Source: Acidimicrobiales bacterium (GTDB taxonomy: Bacteria; Actinomycetota; Acidimicrobiia; Acidimicrobiales; AC-14). From it: 48,335 nucleotides of DNA. Made by a program: the position numbers and the translations under genes. Of this stretch, positions 8,307-16,730 are shown piece after piece (positions within the stretch are counted from its first letter, which is position 1; the number at the start of each line of letters is the position of its first letter). Below the pieces are notes generated by a model that saw only the letters and a list, made by a program, of their open reading frames with translations, was not told where the DNA came from and ran no database searches. Location of the stretch: the NCBI GenBank assembly GCA_038231955.1, contig JBBSIS010000001.1, positions 1-48,335 of the forward strand, in the 5' to 3' direction.

Positions 8307-9440
8307 GTGCTGGTCAACGGTGGAGGCGCGGTCTCCGGAGGGGCGAAGACGCTCATGATCGCGCTCACCCGGGAGCTCGGGCGCGGCGGCGACCGCGGCC
8401 TCGACTGGGAGTTCCTCGTCCCACCCGAGCTGGTCGAGATCGTCCGGCCCGGCACGCCGGCCGGCGTGACCGTCACCCCCCAAGTGATCCGCTCACCGGT
8501 GAAGCGCATCCTGTGGGAGCAGGTTGCCCTGGTGCGCGGGGGCGGCGACCGTCCTCACGACGTCCTGTTCAGCGCCTTCAACTTCGGGCCCCTGCTCCGG
8601 CGGCACCGGCACGTGCTGCTCACGTTCAACGCCCTCCACTTCGCCGAGGCAGAGATGCCGCAGCCAATCGGCCGGCGGGCCCGGTTCGAGGGCATGTTGG
8701 GCCGGGCGTCGGCCCGAATGGCGACGGTCACCGTCACCCCGACCGCAGCCATGGCCGCCCGGGTGCGGCCGCACACCCGCCGGCCGGTGGTCCCCATCGC
8801 GTTCGGGCCCGGGCTGGTGACCCGGCGGACGGTGGACCGCGGCCCGCTCTTCGTCTTCGCCGACCGCACCGGCTGGGCCCGGCACAAGCGCCTCGTCGAC
8901 CTGCTGACGGCGGTCAAGCTGCTGGCCGGGACCCATGGCGGCCGGTTCGTCGTGCGCACGGGGTGCGATCCCCGGTCCGACTTCGCCAGCCGCTTCCCCG
9001 AGTCGGTGGAGGAGCGCCGGCTCCTGGCCGATCCTGCGGTCGCCGCCCACGTGGAGGTCGGGTGGTTCACGCCCGAAGACGCGATGGAGGTCACCGCCGA
9101 CGCCGTGGTCGTGACCAGCGTGATCGAGTCGCTCTGCTTCCCGATCGTCGAGGCCGTCAGCGTGGGGGTGCCGGTGGTCGCCAGCGATTCGGACTTCGCC
9201 CGCGAGCTCTGCGGCGACGGGGCCTTCTACGTCCCGCCCCGTGATCCGCCGGCGCTGGCGCGGGCCATGGCCCGGCTGGTGGACGGGGAGCTCCCGCCGT
9301 CACCGTCGCCGGAGGAGGCGCGCGGGCTCGACTGGGAGAGCCACGCCGACCAGCTGGCCGCCGTCTGTCACGGCCTCGCCGCCGGTCGGACAGGCCCGCT
9401 CCGGGCCGTCGCCGGGGCCCGGCGCATCACGCGCCGCTGA
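8307..9440 (+). CDS. Glycosyltransferase, GT4 (group 1) family
   Basis: The C-terminal motif ESLCFPIVEAVSVGVPVVASDSDFARELCGDGAFYV is an E-x7-E type GT1 motif. The start is GTG at 8307. Confidence 0.8.
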   Translation: MLVNGGGAVSGGAKTLMIALTRELGRGGDRGLDWEFLVPPELVEIVRPGTPAGVTVTPQVIRSPVKRILWEQVALVRGGGDRPHDVLFSAFNFGPLLRRHRHVLLTFNALHFAEAEMPQPIGRRARFEGMLGRASARMATVTVTPTAAMAARVRPHTRRPVVPIAFGPGLVTRRTVDRGPLFVFADRTGWARHKRLVDLLTAVKLLAGTHGGRFVVRTGCDPRSDFASRFPESVEERRLLADPAVAAHVEVGWFTPEDAMEVTADAVVVTSVIESLCFPIVEAVSVGVPVVASDSDFARELCGDGAFYVPPRDPPALARAMARLVDGELPPSPSPEEARGLDWESHADQLAAVCHGLAAGRTGPLRAVAGARRITRR

Positions 9441-10801
9441 CGCCGGACCGGTGGAGGCTCGGCGCCGTCGGAGAGCACCACTAGCCAGAACATGATGAAG
9501 AACAGCGACCCGCCGACGAACATCCACGCCTCGAACACCCCGTCGATCAACGCCCCCGCGACGGTGGCCGCGACCACGGAGTCGCCCCTGCGGATCATGG
9601 ATCCGGCCGCGCCCACGGTGGCGCCGGCCACCACCACCCCAAGCAGGCCCAGCTCCACCAGGACCTTGATGTAGGAGCTGGCCACGTCGGTCGGGCTGGC
9701 CCCGAAGCCCAAGCCCACCAGAGGGCTCTGCTGGAACAGCTTGATCCCGTCCCCCCATTGCTGGGAGCGCGAATCGTTGGAGCGGGCCAGTTTGGCGCCG
9801 CCGGTGTCGGTCTTGCCGGTGATGGCCACGAACGCCACCCCGGCGATCAGCACGCTCAGGCCGACGACCACCAGACGGTTGCGCCGCCGTCCCGAGGAGC
9901 GCAGTACCAGCACCAGCAGCTCCACCAGCACCGCCAGGGCGCCGGCCCGCGACGCGGTGATCCCGACCTCGGCCATCCCCAGCAGCCCCACGGCGAAGGG
10001 CCAGCCGGGCCTGGTGAGCAGGAGCGGGAGGACCAGGAGCACGAAGAGGGCCAGGCCGTTGGGGTTGATGAGGATCCCGCGACCCCGCCCGCCCAGGAAG
10101 CCGACGGCCGGCACGGCCAGGGCGATCAGCGACAGGGGCAGCACGACCATGGCGAAGCCGCGCAGGCACTGGCGTCGCCGCGGGGCTGAGAGCCGGGTGG
10201 TGGACAGCTCGAGGAGCACGATGGCCAGGACCAGCGTGAAGCAGGACTGCACCGTCTTAAAGCGGTCGATGCTCCACGCGATGGATGCGATCCCGGTGGC
10301 CAGCAGGGCCAGGAGGCATCCGGCCTGCCGCCGGGCGGTGAGCCCGGCCCGGGGCGCCACGGCCGAGTGGTAGAAGAGGGCGGCGATGAACGGGACGGCG
10401 ACCACCCGCACGTCGATCGCCGCGGGCAGGGCGCCGGCGAAGACGCTGACGGGCAGCAGGTTCACTCCGAGGACGGCGACGAACGCGGCGAGCGGGCTGC
10501 GGACGGCGGCGACGACCACTGCGAAGCCGAGGCCGGCAACCAGCAGGAGCCGGGCCGGAAGGACGGTCGTCGCGGCACCGAGGACCACGACCACCCCTAA
10601 CAGCAGGAGCCCGAGCCGGCCCTCGCCGGGGTCCCATCCCGTCCGGACGTAGAACCCCTCCCAGAACTGCGCCAGGTCGGCGCGGTCGGTCCACGCCTGC
10701 CGGCGCGAGCGGTCGGCGCTGGGCTCCACCTGTCCCGGACCGGGCGGTCCGGAGGACGGCACGGCCGACGGCACAGGCAATAGAGTACGTCCGAATTCCA
10801 C
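9368..10801 (-). CDS. O-antigen ligase/polymerase (Wzy-like) family membrane protein
   Basis: The protein is polytopic, with a GRGILINPNGLALFVLLVLPLLL segment typical of the O-antigen ligase domain. The start is GTG at 10801. Its 3' end overlaps the convergent GT gene by 73 nt. Confidence 0.7.
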   Translation of the reverse strand: MEFGRTLLPVPSAVPSSGPPGPGQVEPSADRSRRQAWTDRADLAQFWEGFYVRTGWDPGEGRLGLLLLGVVVVLGAATTVLPARLLLVAGLGFAVVVAAVRSPLAAFVAVLGVNLLPVSVFAGALPAAIDVRVVAVPFIAALFYHSAVAPRAGLTARRQAGCLLALLATGIASIAWSIDRFKTVQSCFTLVLAIVLLELSTTRLSAPRRRQCLRGFAMVVLPLSLIALAVPAVGFLGGRGRGILINPNGLALFVLLVLPLLLTRPGWPFAVGLLGMAEVGITASRAGALAVLVELLVLVLRSSGRRRNRLVVVGLSVLIAGVAFVAITGKTDTGGAKLARSNDSRSQQWGDGIKLFQQSPLVGLGFGASPTDVASSYIKVLVELGLLGVVVAGATVGAAGSMIRRGDSVVAATVAGALIDGVFEAWMFVGGSLFFIMFWLVVLSDGAEPPPVRRQRRVMRRAPATARSGPVRPAARP

Positions 10802-10865
10802 CCAGGCCGTTCAGGGCGTCGCGGCAGACTTCCGACCTGAGCCGACGCGACTCGGAGCGTTTTGC

Positions 10866-12137
10866 GTGAAACCTGATGGGGGCGGTGGCGGCGCGCTGCG
10901 GAGGGTCATGCGCAGCCGGCTCGTCCGGGTGTGGCTGACCGCCATCGTCGGTCGGGGTTTTGCGTTCTTCCTCGTCATCGTGATCACCCGAGTGGTCGGC
11001 ACCACGTCGACCACCGACAACTTCTTCCTGACCTACTCGGTCGTCCTGTTCCTGGCCGGCGTCTTCACCGGAGCACTTGAGTCCGTGGGCCTGGCGCAGG
11101 CCCTGGCCGGCTCGGCGCAGACGACGTGGCCGCCGGTCCTCTTCGTGGTGCCGTTCGCCGCCGCCGCCCTGGTGCTGGTGGCGACCGGCTCGGTGCTCGC
11201 CGCCGCGGTCACCCTGGTGGGCAGCGGCCTGCAGATCCCCTTCGCCCGGTGCCGGCTGGCCCTGATCGCACGGGGCGACATCCTCCTGCCCCAGCTCAGC
11301 CCCCTCCTGCGCGACGGGACCATCCTGCTCGCCCTGCTCGTTGCGTCGGCGTTCTCGCGGTCGTCGGGGGAGGGGGTGCTCGTACCGGGGCTCCTGATCG
11401 GGTCGGCCCTGCAGGTCGCCGTCCTGGCGCGGGTGGCGCGCGCCACCCGGCGCCCGGCCGGGCCCCGCGGGCGGACGGAGCATCTCGGGTTCATGTCGGT
11501 CGCCCTGGCCGCCCTCTCGGCCGGGCCGTTCATCGACCGCTGGGTGATCGCCGTCTCGCTGTCGGCCGGCGCCATCAGCCGGTACGAGACGGCGGACAAG
11601 GTCGGCTACGCGTTCTTCGTCGTCCTCGCCGCCGGGCTGACCACCGAGCTGCTCCGCCGGTGGAGCGCGCCGACCTGCACGCCCGACGTGGCCAGGCGGG
11701 AGGCGGCCTTGGCCGTGGGCGGCGCCCTCGGCCTGGCCCTCGTGCTCTCCGGCCTGTCGGTGGTCTTCGGATCCCGGCTGCTCGAGGTGCTCTACGGTCA
11801 CCAGCCGGTCGGAGGCCAGGTCACCGGGGTATTGTCCATTGCCTTCCCGGCCTACGCCCTGATCTTCGCCAGCACGGTGCTCACCCGGTTCTTCCTCTCC
11901 CAGGGCCTGGTACGGGCCGTCGCCTGCCTGTTCATGGCCGAGGCCGTGGCCAACGTGGCCGCCGACTTCGTGCTGGTGGGGCCGTTCGGGCTGCGGGGCA
12001 TCGCCGCCGGCACCGCCGCCACCCACGCGGTCGGCACGCTCGTACTGCTGCTGTTCTGGTCGAAGCGGACGCCCGAACGGGCGGGAGACGGCGAGCTCGT
12101 GGCGGAACCGCCCGCCTGGGACGGAGGGGTAACGTAG
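10866..12137 (+). CDS. Polysaccharide flippase (Wzx/MurJ-like MOP superfamily)
   Basis: This is a 423-aa multi-TM protein sitting between the Wzy-like and Wzz-like genes. An alternative ATG start is at 10908. Confidence 0.65.
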   Translation: MKPDGGGGGALRRVMRSRLVRVWLTAIVGRGFAFFLVIVITRVVGTTSTTDNFFLTYSVVLFLAGVFTGALESVGLAQALAGSAQTTWPPVLFVVPFAAAALVLVATGSVLAAAVTLVGSGLQIPFARCRLALIARGDILLPQLSPLLRDGTILLALLVASAFSRSSGEGVLVPGLLIGSALQVAVLARVARATRRPAGPRGRTEHLGFMSVALAALSAGPFIDRWVIAVSLSAGAISRYETADKVGYAFFVVLAAGLTTELLRRWSAPTCTPDVARREAALAVGGALGLALVLSGLSVVFGSRLLEVLYGHQPVGGQVTGVLSIAFPAYALIFASTVLTRFFLSQGLVRAVACLFMAEAVANVAADFVLVGPFGLRGIAAGTAATHAVGTLVLLLFWSKRTPERAGDGELVAEPPAWDGGVT

Positions 12138-12143
12138 GCTCCG

Positions 12144-13781
12144 ATGGCAACGGTCCTGCACGAGGATGCGCCGCAGCTGACGCTCCGGGACCATCTGCGG
12201 GTGTTGCAGCGCCGGCGGACGCTGATCGCCGTCATCACCCTGGGCGTCGTCGCCGTGGCCCTGGGGGCGACGTTCCTCCAGGCCCCGACCTACCGGGCCA
12301 ACGCCGCCCTGCTCCTGCAGCCGGCCGCCGAGCAGTCCCTGTTCTCCAACGGGGTGGCGCCCGCCGACGCCGCCCGCAGCGTGCAGAACCAGATCCGGGT
12401 GCTGCGGAGCGACCCCGTGCGGGTGGCAGCGATCGCCAAGATCCCGCCCGCCCAGCAGGGCACGACCGACGAGCTGAAGGCCACCAGGGTCACGTTGGTC
12501 TCCGACGGGGACACCGACGTGGTGAAGGTGATCGCCGAGGGCCCAAACCGCGAGCTGGCCGCCGCCCTGGTGAACGCCTATCTGGACGCCTACATCGAGC
12601 TGCGCCGGGCCCAGGTGGTCGACAGCCTGGCGTCGGCGGGCAGCGGCCTGCAGGCCAAGGTCGATGATCTGGCGCGGGAGATCGACCGCCTCGACGCCCA
12701 GGTCACCGAAGTGCCGGCGTCGCAGGCCGAAGCGGTCAGGCAGCGGATCGCCCCGAGGCGCCAGACGCTGACCGGCCAGCAGGACCTGCTCCAGCGCAAG
12801 CTCGACGAGCTGCAGGCCGATGTCGCCGTCCGGAGCGGCGGCGTCCAGGTGGTGTCCCGGGCCAAGGTGCCGCCCACCCCGTTCAAACCGGCGCCCAAGC
12901 GGGCGCTGCTGGTGGCCCTCCCCGTCGGGCTCCTGTTCGGTGTGGGGATCGCCTTCCTGATCGACCACCTGAACGACGCCATCAGGGGCAAGGACGACGT
13001 CGAGCGGCTGACGCCGGGCATCCCCGTGCTCGCCCTCATCCCGGACACGGGCGGGTCCCGCGCACGGAGCAGATCCTCCATCGTGGCCCTCACGCAACCC
13101 CGCTCCCGGGCCGCGGAGGCGTACAAGGGCCTCCGCACCTCGGTCCAGTTGAAGGGGCCGGAGCGGTCGGTGCGCGTCATCCAGGTCACCAGCCCCGACA
13201 CCGACGAAGCGCGGGTGGCCACCCTGGCCAACTTGGCCGTTACGCTGGCCCAGGCCGGCCAGCGGGTCATCGTCGTCTGCTGCGACCTCCGGCGACCCCT
13301 GATCCACGAGTTCTTCGGGCTCTCGAACGCCGTCGGCCTCACCTCGGTGCTGGCCGGTGAGGTTCCCCTTTCCGCCGCCCTGCAGCCTGTGGCCAGCCAG
13401 GAGCGGCTCCTCGTACTAGGCAGCGGGCCGCCCCCGGCCAAGCCGGCCGAGCTGCTGTCGAGCAGCCACACCGCCGACCTGCTGTCGGCCGTCCAGGCCT
13501 ACGCCGACGTGGTGCTGATCGACAGTCCCCCCGTTCTGCCCGTGACCGACGCGGTGATCCTGGCCAACCACGTGGACGCCACCATCCTCGTCCTGCGGGT
13601 GGGCACTACGACCAGGACGCGGCTGGAGCGGACGGTCGAGCTGCTGGACCAGGTCGAGGGCGAGCTGCTCGGCACCGTGCTCCATGGCGTCGACGACGAG
13701 CCGGCCTACGGGCGCCTTCGTTACGGTCCCAGCTCCAACGGGCGCGGCGGCCTCCGCCGCAGGGAGCTGTCCCGCCGCTGA
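12144..13781 (+). CDS. Wzz-type chain-length determinant fused to a BY-kinase-like (CpsD/Wzc) domain with a degenerate Walker A
   Basis: It has an N-terminal Wzz TM helix, a coiled region and a second TM helix. The C-terminal P-loop-ATPase fold retains LIDSPP, but the GxxGxGK[ST] position reads SPDTDEARV. Confidence 0.75.
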   Translation: MATVLHEDAPQLTLRDHLRVLQRRRTLIAVITLGVVAVALGATFLQAPTYRANAALLLQPAAEQSLFSNGVAPADAARSVQNQIRVLRSDPVRVAAIAKIPPAQQGTTDELKATRVTLVSDGDTDVVKVIAEGPNRELAAALVNAYLDAYIELRRAQVVDSLASAGSGLQAKVDDLAREIDRLDAQVTEVPASQAEAVRQRIAPRRQTLTGQQDLLQRKLDELQADVAVRSGGVQVVSRAKVPPTPFKPAPKRALLVALPVGLLFGVGIAFLIDHLNDAIRGKDDVERLTPGIPVLALIPDTGGSRARSRSSIVALTQPRSRAAEAYKGLRTSVQLKGPERSVRVIQVTSPDTDEARVATLANLAVTLAQAGQRVIVVCCDLRRPLIHEFFGLSNAVGLTSVLAGEVPLSAALQPVASQERLLVLGSGPPPAKPAELLSSSHTADLLSAVQAYADVVLIDSPPVLPVTDAVILANHVDATILVLRVGTTTRTRLERTVELLDQVEGELLGTVLHGVDDEPAYGRLRYGPSSNGRGGLRRRELSRR

Positions 13782-13801
13782 TCGTGCGAGGCGCCGCGTG
13801 C

Positions 13802-14797
13802 CTACGGCGGCGCCCGGCCCTTCACCGCCTCGTCCAGGAAGCGCTCGAGGGTGTACTCAGGTGACCAGTCCAGCTCGGCCTGCGCCCGTGACGCGTCGTA
13901 CCAGGCCCAGCCCAGCAGGCGGTCCAGCCTCGACGAGTCGAACGGGGGCGTTGACCAGCCCAGCCGCCCGGCCACGTCGCCGGCACCAGCGGCCAGCCGT
14001 AGGGTCAGCAGCGGGACATGCCAACGCGGGACCGGCCGGCCGGCGGCTGCGCACATGGCCTCGTAGGTCCGCCGGGTGGAGTACGGCTCACCGTCTGTGA
14101 GGATGTACACCCGGCCGTCCGCCCGGGGAGTCCCGGCGGCGTGGACCGCTGCGCTAATCACGTCACGGACCTCGACCATCGAGCGCCGGTTGCCGACCTG
14201 GGGCAGGGGCGGGAAGCGCCCGGCGCTGACGGCGACGAACATGCGCTGCAGATTGCCCTTCCACCGGGCGCCGTAGATCAACGATGGGCGCAGGGCGACC
14301 ACGTGCATGCCCGATCGCCCGGCGGCCAGCACCAGCCCCTCGGCGTCGCGCTTCGACCGGCCGTAGGGGGTGAGGGGCGGCGTGGCCAGGTTCTCGTCGG
14401 CCGCCGACCGGCCGGGCTCACCGGCGGCCTTCACCGAGCTGAGGAACACGAGGCGCTCGACGCCTGCCGCCAGGGCGGCGTCGAGCAGCCGGGAGGTGCC
14501 GTCGACGTTCACGGTGCGGTGCAGGGCGGCGTCCTGCGGCCCGCTGAGCTCGGCATGGGCCCGGCCGGCCAGGTGGAACACGGTGTCGACACCGTCCAGT
14601 AGGCCCGCGGGCAACGGGTCCCCGATGTCGACCGGCACGAACTCGTCCCAGGGGCCGGTGGCGGCCGGTCGGCGGGCGGCGGCGCGTACCCAGATCCCCG
14701 ACGCCTTCAGCATTTCGCAGAGAGGGCGGCCGACGAAGCCGCTGCCTCCGGTTACGAGGGCTCGTCGGACGTCCGGCGGGCGCTCGCCGGTGGTCAG
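13802..14797 (-). CDS. NAD-dependent epimerase/dehydratase family SDR (WbpK/WbjF-like); start uncertain, possibly CTG
   Basis: The track ORF starts at ATG 14713. The Rossmann motif ALVTGGSGFVG is encoded upstream of it in the same open frame. The only start-like codon there is CTG 14797..14795, which overlaps the upstream TGA. Confidence 0.7.
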   Translation of the reverse strand: MTTGERPPDVRRALVTGGSGFVGRPLCEMLKASGIWVRAAARRPAATGPWDEFVPVDIGDPLPAGLLDGVDTVFHLAGRAHAELSGPQDAALHRTVNVDGTSRLLDAALAAGVERLVFLSSVKAAGEPGRSAADENLATPPLTPYGRSKRDAEGLVLAAGRSGMHVVALRPSLIYGARWKGNLQRMFVAVSAGRFPPLPQVGNRRSMVEVRDVISAAVHAAGTPRADGRVYILTDGEPYSTRRTYEAMCAAAGRPVPRWHVPLLTLRLAAGAGDVAGRLGWSTPPFDSSRLDRLLGWAWYDASRAQAELDWSPEYTLERFLDEAVKGRAPP

Positions 14798-15861
14798 CGG
14801 AGCAGCTCCTCTCGGGTGTCGAGCGCCTGCTGGTCGAGCAGCAGGTGGTGGTCCTTCAGCAGCTGCTTCGCCTGGGACGCGCTGATCACGGAGTCGCTCG
14901 AGCTGTACTCCTTGGTCAGGGGCGACACGTGGGCGGCGTCCTCCGGCGACAGCTCCGGCAGCACCGCGCCGATGGCGTAGTACTCGCCGCAGCGGCGGAC
15001 CCGTCGCACCTCCTCCTCGGAGATGAGGATCTCGTCGAGCTTCTCGCCCGGTCGGGTGCCGGTGACGACGATCTCGATATCGCGGTCCTCGATGAGGGCC
15101 TCGGCCAGGGTGAGCACGGTTGCCGACGGGCAGATGGGCACGAACGTCTCACCCGGCCGGGCGTCGGCGACGGCCGCCATGATCATGTCGACGGCCTGGT
15201 CGAGGCTGATCAGGAACCGAGTCATGTCGGGCGACGTGACCGTCACCGGACCGCCCATCATGATCTGCTCGTGGAACAGGGGGACCACCGACCCCCGCGA
15301 CGCAAGCACGTTGCCGTACCGCACGGCGAGGAAGCGCGTACCCGGGTTCAGGATGTTGCTGGCGATGATGACGCGTTCCTGGATGGCCTTCGTCATGCCC
15401 ATGACGTTCACCGGCTTGCACGCCTTGTCGGTGCTGACCGCCACCACCGTCTCGATCGGGTAACCGTGCTCGCTGATGGCGCGCGAAAGGTTCATGGCCC
15501 CCAGGCAGTTGGTTAGCACGGCCTGCTCGGGGAAGTACTCGCACGTCGGCACCTGCTTGAGGGCGGCGGCGTTGATGACGATGTCGACCCCCCGCAACGC
15601 CCGGCAGACGTCGCCGTAGTCGCGGACATCGCCGATCCGGAGCTCGAGCACCCGTTTGAAGTTCTCGTAGATGACCTCGTCGGTGGTGACCCGCTTGTGC
15701 AGGTAGGAAAGGCGCATCTCGTGCTGCTTGGCCTCGTCGCGGGACAGCACGATGACCTTTTTCGGCGTACCCCACGTGCCGGAGAGCACCCGCCGGACGA
15801 GCACCTTGCCGAGGGAACCGGTGCCGCCCGTGACGAGCAGGGTCTTGTTGTCGAGGATCAT
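14794..15861 (-). CDS. UDP-GlcNAc 4,6-dehydratase/5-epimerase, CapE/FnlA/WbjB subfamily
   Basis: The N-terminus reads MILDNKTLLVTGGTGSLG. AAALKQVPTCEYFP, RYGNVLASRGSV and PDMTRFL are present. MGMTK (MxxxK) replaces YxxxK, as in CapE. ATG 15861 overlaps the upstream stop (TGATG). The 5' extension of the track ORF is rejected. Confidence 0.85.
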   Translation of the reverse strand: MILDNKTLLVTGGTGSLGKVLVRRVLSGTWGTPKKVIVLSRDEAKQHEMRLSYLHKRVTTDEVIYENFKRVLELRIGDVRDYGDVCRALRGVDIVINAAALKQVPTCEYFPEQAVLTNCLGAMNLSRAISEHGYPIETVVAVSTDKACKPVNVMGMTKAIQERVIIASNILNPGTRFLAVRYGNVLASRGSVVPLFHEQIMMGGPVTVTSPDMTRFLISLDQAVDMIMAAVADARPGETFVPICPSATVLTLAEALIEDRDIEIVVTGTRPGEKLDEILISEEEVRRVRRCGEYYAIGAVLPELSPEDAAHVSPLTKEYSSSDSVISASQAKQLLKDHHLLLDQQALDTREELLR

Positions 15862-16730
15862 CAGGTCCTTTGTCGGTGTCGGACGAGAGCGGCCAGCTCG
15901 TCGAGCATGCCGTCCCACGCCGCCGGGAGGTAGCCCACCGCATTCTGGAACGCCTCGGCACAGAGCGTACGGTCCGAGACCGGCTCGTCCTGAGGCACGA
16001 GCTCGACGTCGGTACGCCCAACTTTGTCGTAGAGCAGGGTGAGCAGGTCGTACTTGGAGATGGGCTGCGACGCCACGTGCCACACGCCCCGCAAGTCCGG
16101 GGCGGTGGCGAGGACGCGCTCGATGACCCTGGTCAGCTCGGGAGTGGTGAGCCCGTTGTACAGCACCCGCCGGTAGCCGGGCACGGTGCCCGACTGGGCC
16201 AGCGCCCACTCCACCAGGCCGAGCGGGTTGGCCAGCTCCAAGCCGACGATGGACGTGCGCAGGGTCACGCAGCCGGGCTCGTCGACCTCGCCGAGCAACT
16301 TGGACCGGCCGTAGAGGTCGACCGGGTCGGGGTTGTCGGTCTCGCGGTAGTCGCCCTGGCGCCCGGAGAAGACGCAGTCGGTGCTGACGTGGACGAGCCG
16401 GGCCCCCACGTCGGCGGCCATGGCGCCCAGGCGGTGAGGGAAGAGGGCGTTGACCTCGATGCTCGGGATGCTGCGGGCCGCGTCGGCCCGCTGCTTGACG
16501 ATGCCGGCGGCGTTGACGATGCCCTCCGGCCGGAACGCGGCGAGCACCGCGGCGACCGGGTCCGGCCGGCCGACGTCGATCCCGCCGTAGCGGGTCGCCC
16601 CCTCCGAGGGCAGCGGCCCGTAGTCGTCGAGCTCCCGGCGCAGGGTGCAGGCCACCTCGTGGCGATCAGCGAGCCCGGCCACGACCTGGTGGCCCAGCAT
16701 CCCGTCGCCCCCGATGACCAGGATCCTCAT
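15861..16730 (-). CDS. RmlD-like (dTDP-4-dehydrorhamnose reductase fold) SDR, probable UDP-4-keto-6-deoxy-L-HexNAc reductase
   Basis: The N-terminus reads MRILVIGGDGMLG. The 289-aa length matches RmlD-like proteins. It lies between the FnlA-like and WbuB-like genes, with 4-nt overlaps on both sides. Confidence 0.75.
   Translation of the reverse strand: MRILVIGGDGMLGHQVVAGLADRHEVACTLRRELDDYGPLPSEGATRYGGIDVGRPDPVAAVLAAFRPEGIVNAAGIVKQRADAARSIPSIEVNALFPHRLGAMAADVGARLVHVSTDCVFSGRQGDYRETDNPDPVDLYGRSKLLGEVDEPGCVTLRTSIVGLELANPLGLVEWALAQSGTVPGYRRVLYNGLTTPELTRVIERVLATAPDLRGVWHVASQPISKYDLLTLLYDKVGRTDVELVPQDEPVSDRTLCAEAFQNAVGYLPAAWDGMLDELAALVRHRQRT

Noticed and set aside
9368-9440. 73-nt convergent overlap between the GT4 and Wzy-like genes as a possible antisense regulatory feature
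   Set aside because: Both C-termini are low-complexity tails, and either stop could simply be the natural one. Such 3' overlaps are common in compact high-G+C genomes, and no further structure was seen.
10257-13307. 1016-aa minus-strand ORF spanning the flippase and Wzz/BY-kinase genes
   Set aside because: It is a shadow ORF typical of high-G+C DNA, with an Arg/Gly/Pro/Asp-rich product and no motifs. The plus-strand genes have clear TM and P-loop-fold signatures.
15862-16209. 5' extension of ORF 14794..16209 (471 aa)
   Set aside because: The extension overlaps the RmlD-like gene and is Arg/Ala/Gly-rich. The CapE/FnlA family N-terminus (MILDNKTLLVTGGTG) starts at ATG 15861, which overlaps the upstream stop.
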